Assembly (NCBI GenBank): GCA_963808455.1
Contig: CAWEHT010000143.1
Coordinates: 89 to 64,088 of the forward strand
Direction of reading: 5' to 3'
DNA length: 64,000 nt
Origin: an uncultured Chloroflexia bacterium
Lineage (GTDB): Bacteria; Chloroflexota; Anaerolineae; CG2-30-64-16
Of this stretch, positions 32,483 through 43,471 are shown piece by piece. A program made the translations under genes and the position numbers. The notes beneath the pieces were generated by a model that was not told the origin of the DNA, searched no databases, and saw only the letters and a program-made list of their open reading frames with translations. How positions within the stretch are numbered: the first letter of the stretch is position 1; every line of letters begins with the position of its first letter.

Positions 32483-33276
32483 TCCACGATCCTATCGGGG
32501 TGGGTGTAGACGTTCAGGGTGTTGCCTCGGGCAAAACCCACCAGCGTAATCCCCAATTGTTCAGCCATGGCGATGGAAAGGCATGTCGGCGCTGCTAGAG
32601 AAACCACCAACGGCACACCGATCCGTGCGACCAGGCCCAACCTCTCTGAACCGATCCGTCCACTCACTATTACAGCCTTCTCGGACGTTTCAACGTCGTT
32701 GAGAAACGTATAGCCAAGTAATCGGTCAAGCGCATTGTGGCGGCCAACATCTTCATAGCTGACGACAAAGCCCTCTCTGTGGGCCAAAGCTGCTTCGTGA
32801 ACGCCGCCCGTAAGCCTGAAGCTGTGCGCCTCCTCATTGAATTGGGCAACAAAGCCTCGCAGTTCTCTCAGCGTAAAGCGTGCCCCGTGTGCGACCGGTT
32901 GCACTTGTTCATCATCGCTGAGAGAGCGGAGCGATAGTTCTTCTTTCCTGGAATACCTGGCGGGATTCCTCTTCAGAAAATCCTCATTCCGCTCTGCGCC
33001 ACTCGTGGTCGTCTCAACCCATACGGCCCCCTGCTCCGGCCGATAGGCTATGCTCTTCAGATCATCGCGGTGTTGCAGAATACCTTCACTGACCAGGAAC
33101 CCGAGGGCCAGCAGTTCAAGCGCATAGGGCGAACACAACAAGGTAGCCAGCTTCACCCCGTTCAGCATGATGGCTAGCGGCACCTCTTTGGCTATGGGCC
33201 GTCGGACGGTATGTTTTTCCCCATCCATATACTCGGTCAGTTCACGCTCCTCGTAGATCTCGTGTGGCTCCGCCAT
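32479..33276 (-). CDS. fdhD: formate-dehydrogenase-family accessory sulfurtransferase FdhD
   Basis: DVGRHNALDRLLG signature; about 265 aa. Confidence 0.8.
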   Translation of the reverse strand: MAEPHEIYEERELTEYMDGEKHTVRRPIAKEVPLAIMLNGVKLATLLCSPYALELLALGFLVSEGILQHRDDLKSIAYRPEQGAVWVETTTSGAERNEDFLKRNPARYSRKEELSLRSLSDDEQVQPVAHGARFTLRELRGFVAQFNEEAHSFRLTGGVHEAALAHREGFVVSYEDVGRHNALDRLLGYTFLNDVETSEKAVIVSGRIGSERLGLVARIGVPLVVSLAAPTCLSIAMAEQLGITLVGFARGNTLNVYTHPDRIVE

Positions 33277-33281
33277 GTCTC

Positions 33282-34149
33282 TCAGCAGGCCTCCTCACGA
33301 ATAAGGGCTATAAACGCCGCGGCCGCCATGATGTCAGCGGTCGTGCCGGGGTTGAGCAAATGGCGGTCGTCGCGCAGCGACCGGTCGAAGCTCGCCAGCG
33401 TCTGCTGGCCGGCTTCCGTGAGCGCGCCGCCCGCCTGCAGCACCAGGGCCGCCTCCCGCGAGACGCGCTCCGCCACGGCGCGCCCCAGCTTGCGCGCGAT
33501 CAGCGTGTCTGGGACGTTCGCCAGGACTACCAGGTAGGCCTGAACCATCGCGGGCGTGATGTCTCCGGCCAGCCGGCAAGCCTCTTCGAGCGCCGGAAGC
33601 GCCAGATCGAAGGTCACCGCAAAGTCAGTCGCGTATTCCCGGGCGATCGTGTCGCGATCCTGGGCCAGCGCCATGGCGTCGCGCAGCGTGATTGCCGGCT
33701 CGTCCCCTACGTCGGCGTCCGAAACCTTGCCGAGCCCGCCGGCCGAGGCAAGGCGGATGGCCGCGTAGGCCAGCCAGCGCGTCCTCCACCGTGAGCTCTG
33801 CCAGGACGCGCGCCAGATTTGCCCGCGTCTCGCCAGCCTTCATCATGGCCCTGGCAAGCGGTGCCATGAGCAGCACGGTGCCCAGGTTCGTGTTCGTGTG
33901 GACCAGCCGCCGGGTCGCCGAGACGGCATTCCAGATGATCTGCCCAACGCAATCTTGAGAAGCCTGCCTCATTGCCGGCCCGATAGCCACGGCGCTGAGA
34001 AGGAAATCCTCGAAGCGGGCATCGGTAAAACCGGTGGAGCGCCCTACGTTCCCGGGCTTCGGCGCGCTGACTTCCAGCAGGCATGCTGCCTGAGCCGCCA
34101 GCCCGATGCCATCAGGCGTGCGGTCGAAGGCCGGAAGATCGCACGTCAC
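33282..34149 (-). CDS. triphosphoribosyl-dephospho-CoA synthase (CitG/MdcB)-family protein, H4MPT-island type; frameshift near 33640
   Basis: SAPKPGNVGRS motif; GTG start overlaps the stop of the upstream gene (GTGA); two ORFs, 33625-34278 and 33282-33674. Confidence 0.5.
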
Positions 34150-35021
34150 GCCTGCATCCGATCCAACACATAGTCGGCGATCGCGCCGGCTATGTCGAAT
34201 TGAACGGTGCTCTGCAAACCGCGCCAGCCCGGTATGCAGTTGATTTCGAGCACGAACGGCTGGCCGTGTCGATCGCACACGATATCAACGCCCGCGTAAT
34301 CCATCCCGATCAGCCGAGCCGCACGCAGCGCCAGCGACTCCAATGCTGGGTCCAGCGTCAGGGCTGTGCTGTGGGCGCCTTGGGCCATGTTCGTCTTCCA
34401 GCCGACGCCACGGCGGGCCATCGCCGCCAGTAGCCGATCTCCCAGCACAAAAGCGCGGATATCCCAATCATCATGCGGCACATATTCCTGCACATAGTAG
34501 ACATAGCGTCCAAGCTCTAGGGCCCGGAAGATGCGATGCGCCAGGTCGCGATCGACGATGCGCATCATGCCCTTGCCCTCGGAGCCGAAGAGCGGCTTGA
34601 CCACGACGTCACCGCCCAACTCATCGAAGGCCAGCATGGCTTCGTCAAAGCACTCGGTCGCGATCGTGCGCGGCGTCGGCAGGCCGGCGTCTTCGAGGAG
34701 GCTGGACGTGTAGTACTTGTCCACCGTCTGCTCGATGGCCCGGGCGCTGTTGATGACGCGCACGCCCATGTTCTCCAGCCGATGCAAGACATCGACCCGG
34801 TAGATGATCTGCTCCAGCGAGGCGATGGGAATGCCGCGCACGATGACAGCGGCACAATCATCCAGGGGGATGCCAGACGCCCCGGCACGAGGCGTGCCCA
34901 TCACGCGGGTCAGGAGGTGCGTGCTGCTAAAGTGTGCCACCGTCACGCCGCGTTGCTCCAGAGCTTCCTGGAGACGGAGGACGTGCCAGCTGGCTTCAGA
35001 AGCCATGATGCCGACTTTCAA
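34146..35021 (-). CDS. RimK-family ATP-grasp ligase (MptN/CofF-like glutamate ligase)
   Basis: ATP-grasp motifs VVKPLFGSEGKGM and EINCIPGW. Confidence 0.65.
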   Translation of the reverse strand: MKVGIMASEASWHVLRLQEALEQRGVTVAHFSSTHLLTRVMGTPRAGASGIPLDDCAAVIVRGIPIASLEQIIYRVDVLHRLENMGVRVINSARAIEQTVDKYYTSSLLEDAGLPTPRTIATECFDEAMLAFDELGGDVVVKPLFGSEGKGMMRIVDRDLAHRIFRALELGRYVYYVQEYVPHDDWDIRAFVLGDRLLAAMARRGVGWKTNMAQGAHSTALTLDPALESLALRAARLIGMDYAGVDIVCDRHGQPFVLEINCIPGWRGLQSTVQFDIAGAIADYVLDRMQA

Positions 35022-35051
35022 CGTGTAGCCTTTCGCCTGTAGGATGCCACT

Positions 35052-36024
35052 TCACGCGCCGAGCAGTGAGGCGCGCAAGACCGAGGCGTTGAGATGCCCG
35101 GCTGAGAAGGTCTTACCGGTGTTCAGGTTGTTGATCGTGACGCGCGCCGGGCTGAACAGCATGGGATCGATCGAGTAGAAGTCGCCGTAGCGCTTGAAGA
35201 TCTTGTAAAACGGCTGGCCGTAATCGCGCGAGGCCGACGATGGGATGCGTTCGACCAGGTCGGCCAGCTCGGCGTCGTCAGCCCGCACCGCGTAGTAGAC
35301 CTGACCGCCGTAGAGGACGCAGTCGTTCGTGCGTCCGATAGCATGCAGGTCGTCCTTATCGATGGGGGCAACGGGTGCGGTGCCGAAGCCGCTCAACACC
35401 TTGCAGACGTCGAATCCCAGCTCGACCAGCTTGTGCAGCCCCGTCTCGACCACGCGCCGACACCTGCACGGAGCCCGCCAGCGAGGCTGTGGGCGCGATC
35501 AGCAGGGCGAGGTTTTCGGGGGAGACGCCGCACTTGCCCGCGATATACGCCGCAACCTCGTCGCCGGGCAGTTGGCGGCCTTCCAGCACGAGGACAGCGG
35601 CCCCGGCCTGATCGCGGTAGCCCAGCTTCTCGTAGAGCTTCTCGACCAGCGCCAGGGCGCGGGCAGGGCCGGAGCCCATGGCGAAGTACTTGTCCCTCTT
35701 GATTGCCCAGCCCGCGTATTGGGCGGCCATGCAGCCGATGGCCGGTTGGTCCACCGTCACCCCGACACCGGGCAGCCAGAATCCGGAGCCGGCCTCCTCA
35801 TCGAATTGCAGGGGAAGGAATGACACTTCGCCGAGCCCACCCATGCACACCTCGGCGAGGCATTTGCCCGCCTGGAGCCCGCCCAGGGCCGCAACACCGC
35901 AGTCCAGCACCTGCGCGCCGCCGGGCAGCCGGATGACCTGAATGCCGTAGGGCTCGGCGTGCGCCACCATCTTCTCGACGATAAGGGCCGCTTCCTGATT
36001 GACGCTGATCACCCTTCCTCCCAC
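35052..36024 (-). CDS. mch: methenyltetrahydromethanopterin cyclohydrolase, copy 1; frameshift near 35410
   Basis: ISVNQEAALIVEKM, GGLGEVSF, AAQYAGWAI, GRTNDCVLYGG, LPSSASRDYGQPF, IDPMLFSPARVTINNL; paralog of the gene at 44817-45764. Confidence 0.8.
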
Positions 36025-36823
36025 AACAAGATCTCGCCCTTGCCAAGCGCCACTAAGTCACCACAATAGCGGCGGAAAAGGCCGCCGCGGTAGGCGGCCG
36101 GGATCTCCACGCCTAGCGACGCGACGTGCCGGAGCAGCAGGTCAACATAAGAGGCTACAAACGTGCAGGAATATTTGAACGACGCCAACAGCGTAGTCGG
36201 CCCGAAGCCGACCAAGGTCCCGCGCTTCAAACCGGCGCCGGCGCGTTCGCCGAGCCGGCCCATCACCAGGATCGTGCCTGCGATCATGAAGACGCCGGTG
36301 TAGTCGCCGCTATTGCCCCCGATCACGATCAGCCCGCGCCGCATGCTCGAGCCCGCCTCGTTCCCCACGTTGCCGTCGAACGAGGATCACGCCGCGGTTC
36401 ATCCCCTTCGTGCTGCCGCGGTAGCCACCGCCCAGATCATTGCCGGCATTGCCACGAATGCGGATGGAACCGCCGTGCATCTCGGCGCCGGCCCAGTCCG
36501 CGACATTGCCGTTCACGACGATGGACCCGCCGCTCATCTCCGCGCCCAGGTGCATGCCGGCGTTGCCTTCCACGGTGATCCGGCCCTGGGTCATGCCGGC
36601 GCCGATCATCTTGACGCGCTCCAGATCTCCTTCGACCAGGATATCGGGTTGGCCGTCCTCGCCGATCTCGAAGAAGTCGCCCAGGCAGGCCAGCTGGTTG
36701 CCGCAGTTGGCGGGCAGCGCGCTGATCTCGAGCGGGCTCTTGCCGATGAACAGCTCTGGCCGGATCGTCTCGACCTCGATGGGGATCTGTGGCACCTCTC
36801 TGAGCTTCAAGGTTGTCATAGCT
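36009..36823 (-). CDS. fwdC: formylmethanofuran dehydrogenase subunit C; frameshift near 36370
   Basis: GXGXG beta-helix repeats (ITVEGNAGMHLGAEMSGGSIVVNGNV...); C-terminus GLIVIGGNSGDYTGVFMIAGTILVMG in the 36009-36368 ORF. Confidence 0.75.
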
Positions 36824-37703
36824 GGCCCCCCACGACCTTTTGCAGGTGGATCTGGAACTGGCCGAGCGTCCCACCGTAGTTGCCGGCCGTGATGCGGCGG
36901 ATGCCTGGGATGCAGGCTGCCAGGATGCCCACGCGCGTGGCCTCTTCCACGGCGGCCAAGTCCAGCCCATCGATGACGATCTCCAGGACGCTGTTGACGC
37001 CTTCGGGCAGGCCACTCGTAGTTATACCCCGCAACGTTGGACAGAAGGCATCGTTGGTCGAGGCGATCAGGAATTTGTAGCGCGAGCTCGTCTTGCTTCC
37101 GCTGCGCACGATGCCGCCGGGGAACGGCATGATCGCCCCTCGCACCTGCGTCATGGCCGAGATGGCGCATTCGGCAGCTTCCAGCGTGGCGTCGATCGTC
37201 TCGCCAAGGATCAGGAAATTGCCGCCGCCGACGGACTTCTGCATGCCGAACTTCTCCTCGACGAGGAACTCTCCCTCCATCACGGGAATGCGCCAGAAAC
37301 GGCGCTCGCCGAGGAGCTTGCTCATCTGATAACCATCGCCGAAGAAGCGCAGCTGGCCGCCGATGGGCATGGTGGTCGCGCTCTCGAGGCCATTGAAGCA
37401 CGACGTCGTGGGGCAGGTCATCACGCACTGGCCAACGCGATCCATCAGGCGCTTGGGCAGGTCGTCCTTGCCGGGCGTAAAGAGCAGCACGCTCACGCCG
37501 GGCCGGCCGTCGGGCGTGTCGGCCACGGGGCCCTCGATGCCGGCCTCGCACTTGCAACCGATCACGGATGTCGCAAAGCCGGCCATCGAAGTGGCAGCCG
37601 TCATGGCCCAGCGCTGGTTGCACGCCGTGATGATGACCCGCGTGCCCCACATCTTGAAGGCTTCGGCGAAGGTGTCTTCGATTTCTACGCCGTTAATGTC
37701 CAT
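36816..37703 (-). CDS. ftr: formylmethanofuran:tetrahydromethanopterin N-formyltransferase
   Basis: MDINGVEIEDTFAEAF N-terminus; collinear with Ftr throughout; 295 aa. Confidence 0.85.
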   Translation of the reverse strand: MDINGVEIEDTFAEAFKMWGTRVIITACNQRWAMTAATSMAGFATSVIGCKCEAGIEGPVADTPDGRPGVSVLLFTPGKDDLPKRLMDRVGQCVMTCPTTSCFNGLESATTMPIGGQLRFFGDGYQMSKLLGERRFWRIPVMEGEFLVEEKFGMQKSVGGGNFLILGETIDATLEAAECAISAMTQVRGAIMPFPGGIVRSGSKTSSRYKFLIASTNDAFCPTLRGITTSGLPEGVNSVLEIVIDGLDLAAVEEATRVGILAACIPGIRRITAGNYGGTLGQFQIHLQKVVGGQL

Positions 37704-39378
37704 GGGCAGCCTCCATTACCGGGTTCCCGGTCGCAATGTCGAGGAAGCAAGGCACCGAAGCACGCAACGGCAGGTAAGCGTCATAGTCTACCGGATAGTT
37801 CGCGAAATCGACGGTATAGTACTGCTCGAAATCGTCGCATATCGCTTCCTGGATATGCGGGTCGTATTCAGGCGCCACGTAGAGGAGAGTGCCAGGCTGG
37901 ACGCGCACGATGCGTCCGTTCTCGGCCACGATCTCGCCAGCCTTGATCGTGTAGCGCGGGCGGGCAAACATCTCCCCGACGTCGGCGCAATCGGCCGGCC
38001 GCCGATAGATGGCCACGTCGGCGTCGGCGCCGATGCCCAGGTGTCCTTTGTTGGGCAGGCCGAGCCGCCGCGCCGGCCCGGCGCGCGTGATGGTCACGAT
38101 CTCGGGCAGCGTATACTCGCGCGTGAGGTCTTTTAGGCCGGTGCGCGTCCTGGCGGCGCTATGGACCCCCTCCAGCTTGCTCATCCGGTAATCGTGATCC
38201 ATGAGGAGCCTGATGATGTCCGGATAGGCATGGAATGGGCCGGCGTTGGGATGGTCGGTGGTGAGGAAGACGCGCCACGGGTCCTTGATGAGCAAAGCCA
38301 ATTCAAGGCCGATCGCCCATTGCACGGCGTTCACGGCATTGCGTCTGACGAACCGGTAAGGCACCACGCCTGAGCCGCTTTCCATCTCGACGTCGCTGTT
38401 GGCCCACTTGTGGCCTGAAAGCTGGAACAGATGGTACTGCCATGGCCCGTCGGCGGTCATGGTCGTGACGGGCCCAAAGACGACCTGGCCCAGGTCAACG
38501 GTCACGTTGTCATGCTCGTTGACGTAGGCCGCCAGCTGGGGCGCACCGGAGCTGATGTCGGCCCAACCGGTGCCGCCATAGCCGTTGAACTGGGCGTGGG
38601 TGATGTGGATGGGCAGCCCTTCGACGGCCCGGATGCTTTCCAGGGTCGTCTCGATATTCCCCGGCGAGCCGAGGTTGTTGCAGTGGACATGGATCGGGTG
38701 CGGCACGCCCAGCTCTTGCTGCACGCGCGCCAGGTTGACAAGGATCTGGCGCGGCGTCACCGGGAAGGTATCGGCCAGGTCGTCCAGGCTGTGCACGTTG
38801 CGGCCCCACTTCCACGTGTCAACGCCGGCCGGGTTGACGATCTTGATCCCGAAGCCCCCGGTAACATTCAACAGCCAGGCCACATAGTCCTTGAGGCGGG
38901 CGAAATCGCCCAGGGCGATGTATTTCAGGACGAAGTAGTTGTTGCCCATCAGCACCAGGAAGCCCTTGTCCACGATGGGCGTGTCCTGCAGCTCTTCGTG
39001 GACATGGCGCGCCGTGAGCGGCGGGGCTGCTGCCTCGATGACCGTGGTGTAGCCTAACTGCGTGAAGTGATAGCCCGTAACGAATGTCGAGGGGATCGTA
39101 TGCCCCGTGCCCGACCGGGTCAGCTCCGTACGACGGATGGGCATGCCGCGGTGGTCTTCCGGGCACATCTTACGCGCGGCATTGACCTTGCTGCCGGCGA
39201 TATGCGCGTGAAACTCCACCCCCCCGGGCATCACGACCAGGTCACGCGCGTCGAGCACGGGCGCGTCCAGCGCGTCGGCCGCGGCGACGACCTTGCCGCC
39301 CGCGATGCAGATATCCCGCACCTCCCCGTTGATGCCGTTCTTCGGATCATAAACCGTGCCGTTAGTGATTCGCAGCAT
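37693..39378 (-). CDS. fwdA: formylmethanofuran dehydrogenase subunit A (amidohydrolase fold)
   Basis: 561 aa; HAHIAG metal-binding motif; FwdA/FhcA family. Confidence 0.8.
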   Translation of the reverse strand: MLRITNGTVYDPKNGINGEVRDICIAGGKVVAAADALDAPVLDARDLVVMPGGVEFHAHIAGSKVNAARKMCPEDHRGMPIRRTELTRSGTGHTIPSTFVTGYHFTQLGYTTVIEAAAPPLTARHVHEELQDTPIVDKGFLVLMGNNYFVLKYIALGDFARLKDYVAWLLNVTGGFGIKIVNPAGVDTWKWGRNVHSLDDLADTFPVTPRQILVNLARVQQELGVPHPIHVHCNNLGSPGNIETTLESIRAVEGLPIHITHAQFNGYGGTGWADISSGAPQLAAYVNEHDNVTVDLGQVVFGPVTTMTADGPWQYHLFQLSGHKWANSDVEMESGSGVVPYRFVRRNAVNAVQWAIGLELALLIKDPWRVFLTTDHPNAGPFHAYPDIIRLLMDHDYRMSKLEGVHSAARTRTGLKDLTREYTLPEIVTITRAGPARRLGLPNKGHLGIGADADVAIYRRPADCADVGEMFARPRYTIKAGEIVAENGRIVRVQPGTLLYVAPEYDPHIQEAICDDFEQYYTVDFANYPVDYDAYLPLRASVPCFLDIATGNPVMEAAHGH

Positions 39379-40684
39379 GTGAGTTCGCCTCCTTGCGGGC
39401 CGCCAGCAATTGCCGCACGCGCTGCGTGATCCCGCTCAGCACCTCTTCATCGCTGGGAAAAGGCGAAGGCAGGAATTTGTGCATGCGCACCGGCACGTTG
39501 TCCATGCGGTAGAACGTCCCTTCGACGTTGATGCCAGAAGTCCCCGTATGGATCACGACCCTGGCGGCCTTGGTCGTATCCGTGTCATGATTATCGAGGC
39601 AGATCGTCGGGATCTCGCTCAGGTACCGGGACGAAGCTCGTGGGAAGTTGCAGACGGGATCGGCAGCCACGATCAATGCAGCATCGACCTCGCGGCGGGC
39701 CAGGAGATCGACGGCCGTGTATTCACCAGGGTTGAAGCGGGGGTAGCCGCGACCGAAATTGACGGCGAAGGGATACCCGGTCTGCCAGGCGATCACTTGG
39801 TCGTGGCCTGTAACGTTGCCGTGGCCGCGCAGCGGCTGCAGCGCGAATTTGGTATGGGCGTTCAGATCGCGTACCAGCAACATGGCCGCCGCCGTGTTCA
39901 ACTGCCGGCCTCGGGTCTGAGTGAGGCCCAAGCCGACGAACAGGACACCGAACTTGCAAGACATCATGCGTTGGGCGAGGTCTTGGAGCTGGGCCAGGGT
40001 CAGGCCCGTAGCGGCGATCGCGCTTTCATCGACCGGGATGCCCTGCACCAGGCAGCGCAGCGCCCAGATGGCCTCGAAATCACGCGCGGGACGGATCTGC
40101 AAGAACAGATCCGCCAGGCGAGCAGTGGAGGTCGGACGGATGTCGATCACGACCGCGGTGCGCTCTTTACGGCCGGCGGGCCTGTACAGGCCTTTGGGCA
40201 TCACGGCATAGCGCGCGAAATGCCGCGGGTGCGCCTCGGCCGAGTTGGCTCCCCAGTAGATGCACAGGTCAGCCCGATTCTTGACTTCCCCCAGCGTGCA
40301 AGTGGAGTCGCCGGCATACTGGAATCCCATACCGCTGGGCCCATGGCAGACAGAAGCACAAGTGTCGAGGTTGGAGCCCAACAAGTCGGCCAGAGCCACA
40401 GCCTCGCGTTGGGCCTCGCAAACGGTGCTGCTGAGGCCGTAGATCAACGGGTTGCGGCTCGAGGCGAGGTAGCCCGCCGCCGCATCCAAGGCTTCGTCCA
40501 GCGTCGCCGGGCTCTCATCGATCGTGGCTACGTGGTTGCAGGATTGGGTCGAGTGGCCCATGAGCCAGGCGCGCCCCAGCGCGCAGGCTTGCTTGACGCC
40601 GGTGACGTGCCCATCCTCCACCGTAACCTTTATGTCATCACAAACGCAGCCGCAAAACCCACAAACAATGTGCTCGAATTGCAT
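39362..40684 (-). CDS. fwdB: formylmethanofuran dehydrogenase subunit B (Mo/W-bisPGD subunit)
   Basis: N-terminal Fe-S motif CGFCGCVC; putative Mo/W ligand motif SVCHGPSG (Cys-His, as in formate dehydrogenases); ATG at 40684 overlaps the fwdD stop. Confidence 0.8.
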   Translation of the reverse strand: MQFEHIVCGFCGCVCDDIKVTVEDGHVTGVKQACALGRAWLMGHSTQSCNHVATIDESPATLDEALDAAAGYLASSRNPLIYGLSSTVCEAQREAVALADLLGSNLDTCASVCHGPSGMGFQYAGDSTCTLGEVKNRADLCIYWGANSAEAHPRHFARYAVMPKGLYRPAGRKERTAVVIDIRPTSTARLADLFLQIRPARDFEAIWALRCLVQGIPVDESAIAATGLTLAQLQDLAQRMMSCKFGVLFVGLGLTQTRGRQLNTAAAMLLVRDLNAHTKFALQPLRGHGNVTGHDQVIAWQTGYPFAVNFGRGYPRFNPGEYTAVDLLARREVDAALIVAADPVCNFPRASSRYLSEIPTICLDNHDTDTTKAARVVIHTGTSGINVEGTFYRMDNVPVRMHKFLPSPFPSDEEVLSGITQRVRQLLAARKEANSHAANH

Positions 40685-41034
40685 CAGTCCCTCCCGCCGC
40701 CCAACGCCCGCGCGACCACATCCTGAGTCTTGAAATCGGGCATGCCGGAAGCATAGGTTTCCGTGCCCGTCAGATCGCTGGTAGGTGGTCCGTAGGCAAT
40801 GAAAGCCATCCCCGCAGGCAGGTTGCCGGGCTTGCAATGCACGCAAGTCTGCCCGTATGGGCTGGTGAGCTCGACTTCGTCGCCGTTCTGCACCCCCAAG
40901 GCTGTCATGTCGCCGGCGTTCATCTCCAGAGTTGAAACGGCCTCGCGGTATTCTGCATTGTGCTTGCCCATGCTGATCCCGACACCTTGCTTGAGGATCC
41001 GGCCGACGACCAGCAGCAGCTTGATTTCAGGCAT
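40684..41034 (-). CDS. fwdD: formylmethanofuran dehydrogenase subunit D (molybdopterin-dinucleotide-binding domain)
   Basis: 116 aa; DMSO-reductase-family C-terminal-domain-like beta-barrel. Confidence 0.7.
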   Translation of the reverse strand: MPEIKLLLVVGRILKQGVGISMGKHNAEYREAVSTLEMNAGDMTALGVQNGDEVELTSPYGQTCVHCKPGNLPAGMAFIAYGPPTSDLTGTETYASGMPDFKTQDVVARALGGGRD

Positions 41035-42182
41035 ACAGTTCTCCTTTTAGCTCCCCTGCCCGGCGCACGAGGTTCATATAGCAAGAGCTGGCGGTGGGCC
41101 CATCGGCCAGGATGGTACAGACCGGATCGCCCAGCGCGATCTCCTCGCCCGGAAATGGTATATCGCGGATGCCGCGTTTGAGCCAATCGCGGGTGTCCGG
41201 GGTGCGGCAGTCGCGTTCCGCGAATAAGATGGCCTTGCCGTAGAAAGCTCGCGCAACCGCGGCAGGCCCGGGCGACACCCGACCCGGCAAGTATTTTTCT
41301 CGCACCGCCCGCGCATGCCAGCCAAACAACGGCACCCCGAGCGCTTGCTCGACCAGCTCCATGGACGCCGAATAGCGCGGATTGACCTCGAGCGGGCAAA
41401 TGCGCCCATCGTTCAATATGAAGTCCACGCCGTTGAGCCCGGCCAGGTGAAATTCGCGGGTCAGGCCGGCGACCAGCTCCTGCCGCGCGCGCCGCCAGTT
41501 CGGGACGGGCACGCTCGTCTTCCAGCGCCAGAGGGTAGATGTTGCCGCAATAGGTGAAGCCCGTGGCGCCAAATTCGGGCCGGCCGATCAGTTGCTCGCT
41601 GAGCCCAAGGAGCAGGGCATCCTCGCCGTTGGCCAGGAAAGCAGCCGAACAGCTCCGTCCGGCCACACATTCCTGTAAGAACCAGCCCGCTCCTACGAGA
41701 CCTTTGCCATCCCAGAAAGCGATGCCGTGCCCGCCACCGCTGCGCACCGGCTTGCGCAGCCAGCGCACGCCGGAATCCGAGGGCGGCGAAGCCCCCCCAA
41801 GAACCGTCTGCGGCACAGGGAAGCTATGACTCTGCAAGAAACCGGAGAGGGCCGGCCAGTGTCTGACCCGAGCCAGCACATCGGGGCTGTTGCCCAGCAT
41901 TTCTGCCGGCCGCGCAGCCAGCGCGGCGACGATCCTCGGATGGTTTTCGAGGCTGGAGGCATAGGCCACGGCATCATATGCCAGGCTGCAGCTGGCCTCG
42001 AAGAGCCTGGCAGGCTCGAAAGGCCAGCCGAAATCCCTTTTCAGCGAGTAGTTCTCGCAGCAGAGCTTTTGATCGTAGTCACCATAATAATCCAGGGTGA
42101 CGAACTCGAAGCCCGCGGCTTTGGCCGACTGGGCCAAAGCCCGGGTGCTCATGCCGGCGATCAGAATGCGCATGGCCGCCAA
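41027..42182 (-). CDS. ATP-grasp-domain protein of H4MPT/methanofuran islands (MfnD-like?); frameshift near 41570
   Basis: N-terminal MRILIAGMSTRALAQSA; C-terminal GVDFILNDGRICPLEVNPRYSASMEL in the 41027-41572 ORF. Confidence 0.5.
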
Positions 42183-42368
42183 CCGCGCTTCTTAGGGCCC
42201 GCATGACACGGGCCCAGTTTCTCACTCCCGGTCACGCTGGCAAGTGCGCCGGGGTATAGCCGCTCGCCTCAGCCTGCAATCCGCAGACCGGAGGTGCAAA
42301 GCTTTCGCAATAAGATGCAATTCGATCTTTGCCTCCGCTCGATCCGCGGGCATCTGCGGACAGCGGGC

Positions 42369-43463
42369 TCAGCGCGACAGGAGGCGCTGTCGAAGGGCCT
42401 CCGCGCCCTGAACGTGCAGATGATCCAACACTGTTCCGCTGGCGCCCCGGATCTCCAGGATCTCCACCAGGCGTGCAAACCGGCCGCCGGCCAGACCATC
42501 GGCAATTAGCGCTGCTCCCTGGGCAGCTTCTTTGGCCACCCGGGCGATACTTTCGACGCGGCGCACCGGGCCAAAGCTGCTGAGCCGCCGCACCAGCTCT
42601 TCACGGATCACGGCCGTGCGACACAGCCGGCCCGAGACCAGGATCTCGCGCGGCCGTGGCACGACCGCCAACTCCGCGGCCACACTCTTGACCACACCCT
42701 CCAGCAGCGCCTCCCAGGCGATACGGGCCCGCTCGTCGTGCTGGGCAAGGCCGGCGAACTCCTCGGGCGCAAGGGTGGGCCGGCCGGCCACGTAGGCCGC
42801 GCCGCCACTGAACAAGACCTCTTTGTGGAACGCACCCAGCAAGTAGGCAAGCTCGGCGTCCATGCTTCCCAGCGACTGATAGCCCGGGCCGCCGCTGGTG
42901 CCACCCATCCCATCCACTACCCGACCGCCGTCCACTGCCATGACAGCAGTGTAGGCACCGCCAACCTCGACATACACGAAAGACGTCTCGGCAAAGCCGA
43001 TCCCAAAGCACCGCGCCTGGTCGAAGATGCCCAACGCCAGGCAGCACAGCTTGTCTGCGGTGCCCATGTCCACCTTGTTTGCCTTGCGATGTTCAGGGAC
43101 GGTGGGCAGATGGATCACCCCCGGCAGGAACACGATAGGCAGCCCGCTCTCTTTCATCAGCGGGATCAGCTTGCCCATCCCGCCCAGCCCAGAGGCATGA
43201 TGGCGCTCGCGCTCATCCACCAGCGTGAACAGGAAGCGTTCTTGGGCGCCGAAATCTGCCAGGGGGGTCAACGGGAGCCCATAACCCGAAGGCGCGGCAA
43301 TCAGATCGACCGGCGCTGCGGACTTCAACAGATCGACCAGGGCTCCCGGGTGCGCTGCGAACTCGGAAGAAGGCAGCGTCGTATCCAGGAAGACCTGGCC
43401 GTTGTCGATCCCGCATACGTCGAAGCTGACGGTGCCTGGATCGATGCCGACCGCGCGGGTCAC
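42369..43463 (-). CDS. ASKHA-fold conserved protein (DUF1464-like) found in H4MPT C1 islands
   Basis: N-terminal AVGIDPGTVSFDVCGIDNG; conserved context between an ATP-grasp gene and mtdB. Confidence 0.4.
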   Translation of the reverse strand: MTRAVGIDPGTVSFDVCGIDNGQVFLDTTLPSSEFAAHPGALVDLLKSAAPVDLIAAPSGYGLPLTPLADFGAQERFLFTLVDERERHHASGLGGMGKLIPLMKESGLPIVFLPGVIHLPTVPEHRKANKVDMGTADKLCCLALGIFDQARCFGIGFAETSFVYVEVGGAYTAVMAVDGGRVVDGMGGTSGGPGYQSLGSMDAELAYLLGAFHKEVLFSGGAAYVAGRPTLAPEEFAGLAQHDERARIAWEALLEGVVKSVAAELAVVPRPREILVSGRLCRTAVIREELVRRLSSFGPVRRVESIARVAKEAAQGAALIADGLAGGRFARLVEILEIRGASGTVLDHLHVQGAEALRQRLLSR

Positions 43464-43471
43464 GGCGTCAC

